Assembly (NCBI GenBank): GCA_021613535.1
Contig: CP075492.1
Location: 11,780,001 to 11,844,000, forward strand
Direction: 5' to 3'
From: Adineta vaga
Taxonomy: Eukaryota; Animalia; Rotifera
Length of the DNA stretch: 64,000 bases
The translations under genes and the position numbers were made by a program. Numbering within the stretch: the stretch's first letter is position 1; every line of letters starts with the position of its first letter. Below, piece by piece: positions 25,144 to 35,934 of the stretch. The notes under the pieces are model-generated. The model was not told the DNA's origin. It saw nothing but the letters and a program-made list of their open reading frames with translations, and searched no databases.

Positions 25144-25967
25144 TTAGCAACAACCACCGCTATTCTTTTTTGAAGTGACTGGTTTCGATGCACCATTAAC
25201 ACGAAATGATCTCGAAGGGGCCGAAATTTCTACCTGCGGATCGGATAAAACAGGAACTGTTGATGAATGATCAGTTGATGACATTGCAGATGAATTTTCG
25301 ACTGTTTTAGGTATTTTCTTATGGAAAATACTGGTTACCAAAGTAATAAATGCTTGTTCAACATTATAAGCATTCAATGCAGATGTTTCCATATAGGAAA
25401 CATTCAATTGTTGAGCAAGAGCTTTTGCTTGATCTTGTGATACTTTACGTTGATCAACTAAATCAGATTTATTTCCAACAAGAACAATTGGTAAATCGGG
25501 TGGTGTGTGACGATGTAATTCCTCTATCCAAGTTGTAATATGATCAAATGTTTCCGGTTTAGTTAAATCAAAAACAGCTAATGCACCTTCACTACCGCGA
25601 TAAAATTGTGGTATAACAGTTTTAAAACGTTCTTGACCTGCTGTATCCTAGTTCGTTGATAAAAATACAAAAACATTTCGACAGATATTTTTAGAACAAT
25701 ATCAACTTACCCAAACTTGAGTTTTGATTTTTTTTCCTGAAAGCATAATTTGTTTATAGGCAAATTCTACTCCGATAGTTGATTGAGTATCAAGACGAAA
25801 TTCATTACGTGTAAAACGTAATAAAAGATTACTCTTTAATTGAAAATAAACGTTTTAATTTAAATTTAAATAAGAAGATTTCTTTTTACCTTTCCAACCG
25901 AACTATCACCTATAAGGACCACTTTAAATATAAAATCATATTCAGATCCTCCACCTGACTTGGCCAT
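25144..25967 (-). CDS. Rab11-subfamily small GTPase (divergent paralog), 3 exons
   Basis: [17 protein letters not shown]|[12 protein letters not shown]...STIGVEFA, W|[21 protein letters not shown]-terminal GGCC. Confidence 0.92.
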
Positions 25968-26759
25968 GGTAAGTTTTTATGAATAGAAAGAATTCTTTGT
26001 GTCTACAGCAGAAGAATATGTTCGACTATTCATGCACACACATATATATGCTTCTCTCATTTTATTCATCCAAAATTATCTTATCAGACAAAACCTGTGC
26101 TGTACGAATAGAAAAAGGTGAGAGAGAGAGAAAAAGAAAGAGCTTGGCAATTATCACAACATGTTGTCCTTTCGTTACATCGAAAGATAGACGAAAAGAA
26201 AGACATGATATACTTGAAAAATAGTAACCAATCATATATATTTCCGTCCGAAATAATAAATTTTAATTGCATAAGTTTTTGTTAATACAAATCATGATAT
26301 TCATCAGGGATGAATCACAAAAAACCGTTTTTAGTCATATCCGTATTCGACATAAATACTTATGCAGAAGCGTGATAAAGAATATGCTGCATAGAAATCT
26401 ATCTTGAAATCTTTCATTGATTGAAAATCATTTTAATAAATGATTTTTGAGCAAGTCATACAAACTCATTAGTTTGACTTAGAAGTATATCGATAAGTAC
26501 ATATCTTTGAATAAGAATCGTATTTTACAAGTTATTTAACCATCGTTGAGAGCGATGATTAGGATGTTGTCTCTTCGTTTTTCACCCACACGATCATAAC
26601 ATGGCACATTTGCTAATGGGAGGATTTTTAGCCTTTGCTTCCGTTTAAAAAATGGTAACAGACGTGTAATCTCAACTCTGACGTACGAGATACAGGATTA
26701 AATGAGTTCTAAAAAAAAAGAGAAAAGAAAACTACGCCCAAACATTCTTATAGACAAAT

Positions 26760-29700
26760 ATGTTTCTTGTGAAATACACAGTCTACTGCGTAATTTTATG
26801 GTCAATAAAGGCATCACCTCAGATAAATCTTTATCTCACAGAATGGACAAGTAACCAAACTGAGGATCAAGTTGTCCAGCATAATTGTCTTCATGTTGCT
26901 GCTTCTATGGATTCGAACAATAATTCTCCTCAGATCATTTCCTATTGTTTAAGTGAATGGCCATCAAAATGGCACATTCATAAGAATAGTCTCGATCGAG
27001 TCTTTACTTTTCTCGAACTTTTCAATGAACATATCACCAGTGAACAACTACATCTATGGTCAGTTCCAATTGATATTATTGAATGTTATCAATTATATAT
27101 AAATCAACGATTATATTCCAGTAACACAACATTGGCAAAGCAAATTATCTATAACTGTACATGGCCCAGATTTGGTTCATTATGTCAGTATGAATTCCCT
27201 TACTACGATATCTATGCGACATCAATGAGTGAAATGATTCATGAGTATTATCGCGTTAATAGGTATCAACCCACGACGTTAACATGCTACGTTCATTTAG
27301 ATTGTTATCGTGGTCCTGGACCATCTTGCCTTGATTGGAGTGAAATTTGTGACGGAAAAATTGATTGTTTAAATAATGGACAAGATGAAAAGTATTGTTG
27401 GCTATTAGAAATGAACGAATGTTTGGATGACGAATTTCGATGTATAAACGGACAATGCATACCTAATAGATTCTTTCGTGATAATCCTAATACTCCTGAT
27501 TGTCTTGATGGATCGGATGAAGTGATGAAATTCCATGATAAACGTCATAAATGTGAGTCAGATGAACCTACTTTTACTTGCGAAGATGTTACGTGCAAGG
27601 TGGGTCATCAATATACTCGAGCTCCTTTAACAAGTTCATGTGTAAAACAACGTAATAATCTTCTTTTACAGGCGATGTTTTACGATAAGCCAACATCAAT
27701 AAATGATAGTTGTTGGTTAGCCTTTAAATGTATGGCAAATATTGTTGGTACAGATATTTCTATATGTTCTAAATTATGCACTAGTAAAACTTGCGAAGAT
27801 ATTATTCCAAAACTATGTCCAGACACTTTCTATTTCCCATCTACACCAGTATTATTTGGCCATGTTTATTTTATTTATACAAAAGCCATTGAAAAAGATA
27901 ACCTTTCCTATTCAAATTTCATAAAATCTGTTTGTTATAATTCTCATCTTTGCGATGAATCTATCACTAATCAAACAATTACATGTCAATCTCTAAACGA
28001 TTTATTTTTAAATTCTTTCGACATCGATAAAGAAGCATGGCTTCTTAATTATATTATTCATATTTACTGGTCTTTCTTGAGATGTCGTTCGATGAATGAA
28101 AATTATTTGTTATTTTGTGATAAATCAATCATGTATCAGTGTATGAATTCATCCAAATGTATTTCACAACATCGTTTACTTGATAAAGTAAATGATTGTT
28201 ACCATAAAGACGATGAAAATCCTCATTTGATTGCCGATTCTCTAGTATATAATCAATTACAAAAGTATTTCAAATGTACAACGACGAATGAGTATATTCC
28301 TCAATATCTTGTTCAAGATGGCATATGTGATTGTAAAAAGTATGATAGTAATACATTTTGTGATGACGAAGATCAACATATAATTTATACTCGAAATCAT
28401 ATTTCTTTTCAAACAATATGTGATGGATTTACTGAATTATTACCTGTAATGATCGATGGACAGATCGAAACAGATGAAACCAATTGTCAACAATGGCTAT
28501 GTAATAATACATATACACGATGTGATGGATTTTGGAATTGTTTCGATGGTGCTGATGAAATTAATTGTGATACATTACCTTCATTAGTTTGTCCATTACA
28601 AAATCATATATGTGTATCACCTGTTACCAATCAAATGATGTGTTTACCGATTTCTAAAGCGAATGATGGCAAAATAGATTGTTTGGGTGGTACTGATGAA
28701 CCAAAATTCTGTCGGAATTCTAATCATACACTACATGATCGAAATTTTTATTGTAGAAATGATACGTATAGTTCTTGTATTCAAAGAAAAGATTTATGCG
28801 ATACTCATCGAAATTGTTTGCATGGTGATGATGAACAGTTTTGTCAAAATCGAAATAATACAAGGTTTCACATATGCGACGAAACAGACGCTTTGGTTTC
28901 AACATATGTTGAAAACTTCTTTTGTCAACGTCGTCCTGATACAGTTAAACGATCTATTGTACATTTTGCACTTGGTCAAGTTCATGAATCGAATAAATAT
29001 CGAAATAATTTAAATCAAATTTTAATAACTGAAAGAACTATAAATAAAAAACTACGTTGTCATCGTGGTCTAGATTTACGCGTTTGGTTAAACAAAGATA
29101 AAAATATAAGTACCATGACTTGTCTTTGTCCACCTAGTTTCTATGGTAATATGTGTCAATATCAGAATCAACGTGTTAGTCTAACGATACAATTCAGTGC
29201 AAAGTCAAATTCTCGACGTAAGCCATTTGTTATCGTTATTTCTCTCATTGATGATAGTGAAGAACGAATTATTCATTCATCAAGACAAATCTCCTATCTA
29301 CCGATGAGAGATTGTGAAAACAAATTTAATATTTATTTACTCTATGCAAATCGACCGAAAGATCATCGAAAATTGTATTTCATACATATTGATATTTACG
29401 AACATGTATCATTAACTTACCGAGGTAGTTTTCTATTCCCAATTACTTTTTCATTTTTACCCGTACAACGATTAACTATTCAAGTAACCATTCCCGGTAG
29501 TAATATTAAAAGAAAAACTTATTCAGATAATAATCCATGTGTACATGGTAGATTAATCCAATATATTAATGAATTAAACATTCTATCGTTTTGTCAATGC
29601 TATCCAGGATGGATTGGTCAGTATTGCTCAATTTCATATCCATGTATGTGTTCAATAGATTCTATATGTTCTGGTATTCTAGCTAATAATCGATCACTCT

Positions 29701-31490
29701 GTATTTGTCCAATCAACAAATTTGGTTCTCTATGTTTATTGAACAATAACATCTGTCAATTCAATAATAATACTCAATGTAGAAATGGTGGACAATGCAT
29801 TCCTATAAGTGTAGATATGGAATCTCAAAAACAATTTACATGTATTTGTACAAAAGGTTTTACTGGAGAAAGATGTGAAATACAAGACACTAAAATTATT
29901 CTTTCGTTTCATAAACAAATCGTTTTATCAGAATCGATGTTTGTACATTTCATTCAAATCAATCATGATGCAGCACCTGAACGTTCAACAACGTTTCGAG
30001 TACTCGGTGAAAATCATGATTTCGTTACTATCTATTGGTCATATCCATTTCATTTAGTTTTTGTAGAATTACCAGAAAAAAAGTATTACTTAACTGTAAT
30101 CAAAAAATTTTATCAACAATCAGTAATCATTAGAAAAACATTGGATTCATCCGATCGATGTCCACATATTCGTGAATTATTAGATAAAACTATCGTTCAA
30201 TCACATTTACTTCGTCGTATAAAATACTATCATCTACCATGTAAAAATCATGCCTATCATTTATCATGTTTCTACGATGATATTCATCTATGTGTATGCC
30301 AAAATTATAGTCAACAACGAATTGCTAATTGTTTTGAATTTAATCATTATATGAAACTTGATTGTTTTGGGGAGAGTAGTTGCGAAAATGGTGCTCAATG
30401 TTTTCAGGATAATAGATATTGCCCTCAGACATCTACGTGTGTATGTTCGAAATGTTTCTATGGTACTCGTTGTCAATTTACTATGGATGGATTTGGTTGG
30501 TCATTGGATGGTATTTTAGGTTATCATATTCTTCCACATGTTCGATTAACAAATCAATCTTTAATCGTACGAATTAGTGTTGCATTAACTATAATTATGA
30601 CTTTATTTGGAATTATTAATAGTACACTATCGATAATTACTTTCAAGAACAAAAAACCTCGACAAGTTGGTTGTGGCTGTTATTTATTAGGTTCATCGAT
30701 TGCCAGTTTTTTGACGATGTGCCTTTTTGCTATTAAATGTTGGATTCTGATTACTGCACAAATATCTATGATGAACAATCGTTCTCTTTTATATGTACAA
30801 TGTGTGATACTTGATTTTCTTCTACGAGTTTGTCTGAATATGGATCAGTGGCTAAGTGCTTGTGTTGCTATTGAACGCGCAATAACGGCTACTATTGGAG
30901 TACAGTTTAATGCAGCAAGAAGTAAACGAATAGCAAGATTTGTTATTCCAGGATTACTTTTTCTGATGATTGTAACGACTATTCATGATCCGTTTTATCG
31001 ACGTTTAATTAAGGAAGATTATGGTGATGAGAAACGAATTTGGTGTGCTTCAAAATATTCATCACGTTGGCAAACGTTCAATTCAACAATTAATATCTTC
31101 CATTTCTTTGCACCATTTCTTATCAATCTAATTTCAGCTCTTTTAATCATTAAAACTACTGCTCGACAACGTGGTACTATTCGAACTCATAGATATTCTC
31201 TTGAAATTCTTCATAATCAATTTCGAAAACATCGACATTTACTAATTGCTCCTATTTTACTAGTTATACTAGCGCTACCACGAGTACTTATTTCATTAGT
31301 GGCCGGTTGTATGAAATCAACTCGTCAATCATGGTTATATCTTATTGGATATTTTATTTCATTTATTCCACCGTTGCTTACTTTTATTCTTTTTATATTA
31401 CCATCAAAGGTTTATAAGAAAGAATTTCAACAATCTATTAATCAATATCGAAGAAGATTTATGAACCGTGTACGACCCATGCTGCTATAG
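26760..31490 (+). CDS. Giant intronless LDL-receptor-class-A / EGF-like / rhodopsin-type 7TM receptor (1576 aa)
   Basis: Signal peptide; LDLa repeats (CDGKIDCLNNGQDE, CDGFWNCFDGADE, DCLGGTDE); EGF modules (CRNGGQC...CICTKGFTGERCE, CENGAQC...CVCSKCFYGTRCQ); seven hydrophobic segments with VAIERA at the DRY position. Confidence 0.9.
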   Translation: MFLVKYTVYCVILWSIKASPQINLYLTEWTSNQTEDQVVQHNCLHVAASMDSNNNSPQIISYCLSEWPSKWHIHKNSLDRVFTFLELFNEHITSEQLHLWSVPIDIIECYQLYINQRLYSSNTTLAKQIIYNCTWPRFGSLCQYEFPYYDIYATSMSEMIHEYYRVNRYQPTTLTCYVHLDCYRGPGPSCLDWSEICDGKIDCLNNGQDEKYCWLLEMNECLDDEFRCINGQCIPNRFFRDNPNTPDCLDGSDEVMKFHDKRHKCESDEPTFTCEDVTCKVGHQYTRAPLTSSCVKQRNNLLLQAMFYDKPTSINDSCWLAFKCMANIVGTDISICSKLCTSKTCEDIIPKLCPDTFYFPSTPVLFGHVYFIYTKAIEKDNLSYSNFIKSVCYNSHLCDESITNQTITCQSLNDLFLNSFDIDKEAWLLNYIIHIYWSFLRCRSMNENYLLFCDKSIMYQCMNSSKCISQHRLLDKVNDCYHKDDENPHLIADSLVYNQLQKYFKCTTTNEYIPQYLVQDGICDCKKYDSNTFCDDEDQHIIYTRNHISFQTICDGFTELLPVMIDGQIETDETNCQQWLCNNTYTRCDGFWNCFDGADEINCDTLPSLVCPLQNHICVSPVTNQMMCLPISKANDGKIDCLGGTDEPKFCRNSNHTLHDRNFYCRNDTYSSCIQRKDLCDTHRNCLHGDDEQFCQNRNNTRFHICDETDALVSTYVENFFCQRRPDTVKRSIVHFALGQVHESNKYRNNLNQILITERTINKKLRCHRGLDLRVWLNKDKNISTMTCLCPPSFYGNMCQYQNQRVSLTIQFSAKSNSRRKPFVIVISLIDDSEERIIHSSRQISYLPMRDCENKFNIYLLYANRPKDHRKLYFIHIDIYEHVSLTYRGSFLFPITFSFLPVQRLTIQVTIPGSNIKRKTYSDNNPCVHGRLIQYINELNILSFCQCYPGWIGQYCSISYPCMCSIDSICSGILANNRSLCICPINKFGSLCLLNNNICQFNNNTQCRNGGQCIPISVDMESQKQFTCICTKGFTGERCEIQDTKIILSFHKQIVLSESMFVHFIQINHDAAPERSTTFRVLGENHDFVTIYWSYPFHLVFVELPEKKYYLTVIKKFYQQSVIIRKTLDSSDRCPHIRELLDKTIVQSHLLRRIKYYHLPCKNHAYHLSCFYDDIHLCVCQNYSQQRIANCFEFNHYMKLDCFGESSCENGAQCFQDNRYCPQTSTCVCSKCFYGTRCQFTMDGFGWSLDGILGYHILPHVRLTNQSLIVRISVALTIIMTLFGIINSTLSIITFKNKKPRQVGCGCYLLGSSIASFLTMCLFAIKCWILITAQISMMNNRSLLYVQCVILDFLLRVCLNMDQWLSACVAIERAITATIGVQFNAARSKRIARFVIPGLLFLMIVTTIHDPFYRRLIKEDYGDEKRIWCASKYSSRWQTFNSTINIFHFFAPFLINLISALLIIKTTARQRGTIRTHRYSLEILHNQFRKHRHLLIAPILLVILALPRVLISLVAGCMKSTRQSWLYLIGYFISFIPPLLTFILFILPSKVYKKEFQQSINQYRRRFMNRVRPMLL

Positions 31491-31604
31491 TCGTTGTCAT
31501 CAAATTCATATTTTACATTTATAGTTTTTTATTGTATGAAATATGAAAAAATGAAAGCGAAATAATTGATTAGAATACGTCTCTATTTTTTCAATGAATT
31601 ACAT

Positions 31605-32012
31605 TTATTGTTCTTGTTTTTCTTCTAGATAAGCTTGTCTTTCAGCATCGCTCAATCCTTCTTTCGGTGGTTCTTCAACATGATGTAATTCATGTTTGCC
31701 ACCTTGAACTTCTATTAAAACCTTTGCTTGAGTTGTTGAAAGTGGTGTACCTGGTGGATCGACATGATGAAGCTCGTGTTTACCACCCTGAACTTCTAAT
31801 AAGACTCTCGCTTGAGTTGTTGACAATGGTGTACCTGGCGGTTCAACATGATGAAGCTCATGTTTACCACCTTGAACTTCTAATAAGACTCTCGCTTGAG
31901 TTGTTGACAGTGGTGTACCTGGTGGATCCACATGTTTCAATTCGAATTCATGTTTTGTTACTTCCTCTAGTACAGCTTTTTGTGCAGATTCCATCGTATT
32001 ATCCGACGACAT
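31605..32012 (-). CDS. Tandem WH2-like (actobindin/beta-thymosin-like) repeat protein, 135 aa
   Basis: Four units of amphipathic helix plus LKHV/LHHV motif (AVLEEVTKHEFELKHV; RVLLEVQGGKHELHHV-type x3) with a 28-aa period. Confidence 0.65.
   Translation of the reverse strand: MSSDNTMESAQKAVLEEVTKHEFELKHVDPPGTPLSTTQARVLLEVQGGKHELHHVEPPGTPLSTTQARVLLEVQGGKHELHHVDPPGTPLSTTQAKVLIEVQGGKHELHHVEEPPKEGLSDAERQAYLEEKQEQ
31672..31940. repeat. 84-bp coding tandem repeat, about 3.2 copies
   Basis: Recurring gcttgagttgttga...tggtgtacctgg at 84-nt spacing, with mostly synonymous differences. Confidence 0.9.
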
Positions 32013-33526
32013 GATAAAAATACTAGTAGATATCTAAAATAGAAATAAATATTGTCCTTTGAAATCACTCAGCAATGCTAGGTTATTGAGATGAAGTCAA
32101 CACTTTACATAAATATTAGTTCTAATATTCCATTTGCTTAATTCTTAAACGCGATGTGTTATTTTTGCAAAATAAATACCAAAATCTGTTCGAATACAAG
32201 AAACTTATCATAATCAAAGTTTTACCTTTAACAGTGATATTACTTTCAATAGTGAGATAATTTCGTTTCAAAAATCATTATTGCGCAGTTAATTTTCTCT
32301 TAAATCTATCCGTTTGAGATATTTTCCAACGACTAGAGTTTATAAATCCTATAGAAAGTATCATTTTTTCTATCGATAAAATCAGCATCTGTTCGTATTT
32401 TCTCTCAACAACTAGTCACTAATGTATTTCTAGAAACGCGTTACACAACTATGTGTTCAAAAAAATGAGCTAAAACATAGCACAGATTACTTTACTTATA
32501 TAGATTCTTCCCTTCACACAACAAGGTTTACTCATATTCACCAATTTTAATAATTGTCGTTGTTATTTTTCAAAATATATACTGTAAGATAGATAATCAG
32601 AATACAACAGTCACAAAACTACACCTCCTCTGTATCTCTCTTATCATTAATATGGTGCTCTCTCTTCTTTCCTTCGTTATTTGACCGATGAGTGATGCAT
32701 ATAATCTTGTCAGGTGTTGATAAAAATATTTACTTTTCTTTACTTGTATAATGTATCAGATATACGAATGAATTATTTAACAATCTTTTTTGTCAAAATT
32801 TTCGAGCGACAGCGCCATCTTATATGAATAGTTTATGATTGGCAATGAAATCTAGATATGGATTTTTAGTGTAGATCGAAAAACAAAAAGAGAGGAATAT
32901 ATCTTTACCAGCTAATGAAAAACAGAAGAACTGGTTCCTTTATCGACGAAAGACTATATAGATCATTATTATCTACAAAAATTAGTACTAAATTTTTGAC
33001 TATGTATGAAAAAAACAAATTTTTTCGTCAAAAATCATCGTCAATCCTGATTTCATAATCGTTAGAAAAGTAGAAAGACAAATATATTTCTTTTTTCGTT
33101 TTTTAATATAGAACATGAGTTATGAAACGAAAAAAAAGGACATAATCTTGTTCGTTTTCTTAGTACAATTTATACTGAATTATTCGATGAAATCGAACGC
33201 ATGTAAACTAACTATGATCGAGTTTAATCAGAGATAACGTATTTTCGAAATATGAGTCTAATATTGATAAAAAACTTGTAACAATCATTTTTTTTTCAGT
33301 TATTACATTAACTTCCTGTAATATAAGTTGTGATTAACAGTATTGTGACAAATGATTCACTGAGATTTTTCACAACAAGTAGGAAAAACCATATACATCC
33401 GTCCGTTCTTTAACAGCTGTCTTTCTCAGTAAAATTAACTTCTATTTATTCTCTTATTACATAAATAATCATCAAATCTTTTTTTTTTCATTTTCTTTTA
33501 GATAAAAATTATAAATTTATTTCAGT

Positions 33527-35591
33527 ATGACAGCCACTCCTAAACCATTATCCATCGTTGCTAAATGTGCCTTATGTTCAACTAAAACAGAATTATTTGT
33601 ATGTCCACATTGTGATGAAGTGATCTGTCAAATATGTGTGAATAAACATCGATCACTATTAAATGAAACTCTCAAAGAACATTGGTTAAAGTGTAAAAGT
33701 AAATTTCAGAATTTATGTCAATTATCAAGTAAAACATTTATCTTTAACAATTCAATTGTTTGTTTTTTTTATTGCAAATCTCTTTAGATAATTATGATAA
33801 AGATTTTATATCGATTGAGAATCAAATTGATCAAATACGACATATGGTTGAACAAAGATATTTAGATTTTGTTCGTTTAATTGATACGGAAAAAAATACT
33901 ATATTAATTAAAATAGAAGATCATATTCGTTCGACAACATCAACGTAAAGATTTTTCTTAACATAGATTTCTACAAGAATTTAAGTTTTATTCTAGTGTT
34001 AAACATGCAGATCTTCAGCAATTATTTAGATCAGTTAATCAACGACTTGAAGAAGTTTTTCAGTAAGATTATTCTCGTGGAACTGCTTCATATATATTGA
34101 ATATTTCATTTCTCTAGAGGGTCAAATATAACATACAATACAGACGATTTTCTTTTAGAAATCGAACATTTAAATACACAAATAACTAATCGAGAAAGAG
34201 CAATGCATGGTGATACATTTAAAGTATGTTTTCTTACATTGAGAACGAGTTATTTTGAATCTAATTGATATTTCAGTATCCTTATTTAACTCCTTCCAAA
34301 TCTTTACTTATCTCTGATGTATTCGGTGAATTACAATGGAATTCTAGACCAATGTCAAATCATAATTTATCTCGACTTACAACCACCAATGGACATACTT
34401 CAAAAACGAATACAATCGATGGATTATCAGATAAAATATTAAGTCTACCGGAAGAAGCAGACGGAGTAGAAAATCGTCCATTAACACCTGTTATACGAAA
34501 ACAAAAACAATGGTCAACTGATGCATCCGGTGTTCCACATTTTCTATGTATTCTTTCAAAAAAGAATTATCTTCTCTTTGCTTGTGATAAATATGGTTGT
34601 ATTGATTTATATCAACTCGATGGAAATGATCCAAGTGCTGCACCTCGTCATTTACGTCAATTTGATCTATTTCCAGGAAATAGTTCCAATCAAAAACCAC
34701 AAATTATCGAAGCATTTACAGTTTATACACCATTTATTGTTGTTTCTGCTCGTAAGAAGAATAACAATCGTCGAATTCATTTAAATCCTTTCTTTTAAGA
34801 TTTAAGTGATCAAACAGATACAAGTTCAGTTTATTTCTTTGATCATCGTGGAATTCAACAAGGTGATACATGTTTACAAAATTTTCCTGTTCGACAACTT
34901 TCAGCTGATACTGGTTTTAAATGTTTATGGGGTGTTGATCGACATCAACATTCAGGTTTTAAATTCATTAGAAGTCTTTTCAAAACTAAATGAAATATTA
35001 CATACTTTTAGTTTATTATAATCAATTACCAATGAATGTTACTCAAATTCAACAATCAATTGATCATCGCGAAGATTTTATCAAATTTGGCCGAGACTTT
35101 GAACCAATTCGGTATGAATATTGTTAATTATTACATTTATAGAAGTATTTTTTTCCATAGAATAACACAAAATCAAACGTCTATTGCTGTTGTTGAACGG
35201 AATTCACAAAGTGTTCATATATTTGATAAAGAAACAAAGGAACAAGTTGATGAAATACAAAATCTTTTACGTACCGAAGGTACTTTTCGATTATGGAACG
35301 TTCTTGTATGTTTATCTTTTCGTAAAAGAAAACAGGAAAAGAGAATTTTATTCTCATACTATTTAGCTTCGTGATGATAACTCTATGGTTTTGAAATTAG
35401 ATGAAGATTTACCACCATACAGTCGTCCACAAACAATTCATCATCTTATTGTTGAACTTGATTCGAAAGGTATTCCTATATCACAAATCGAACGCACTGC
35501 TGTTTATGGTCTTGCAATTGGACCAAATCAAGAAATCTTACTCGGTTGTAAACGACATCAACAGAATGGTTCTATTGAATGTTATATCTAA
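33527..35591 (+). CDS. TRIM-NHL-like protein lacking RING (B-box-like Zn finger, coiled coil, beta-propeller)
   Basis: CALC...CPHCDEVICQICVNKH, coiled coil, then propeller-like strands LLFACDKYG, IAVVERNSQSVHIFD, YGLAIGPNQEILLG. Confidence 0.75.
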
Positions 35592-35934
35592 ATTAAATTT
35601 GATTATTTTCCTTCCATATATATATATATATAGATATACTTATAAAATATTCATATATGATGGACAATTAGCAATGTTTATTTTTCTTTTGAACAGTTTG
35701 ATTGTCATTGTATTTTATTATTAAGATCTTTCTAGGTTGTATTTTGTTTTCGGTCAGATTTAACTAAGGAAAAAAACAAATGAGGCTTCAATATTTCTCA
35801 TATATTCTTATACGCGTTTTTTTGTCCTCGAAAAGAGATTATATCGTATTAAAAAAATGAACTAAATACCTATTTTAGATATATATATATATACATTTGT
35901 GATAACAATTGATTGTTGAAGTTTAATCTCAATC

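Noticed and set aside
31667-32014. Antisense 115-aa repeat ORF
   Set aside because: Shadow of the minus-strand repeat gene; unit differences are mostly synonymous in the minus frame.
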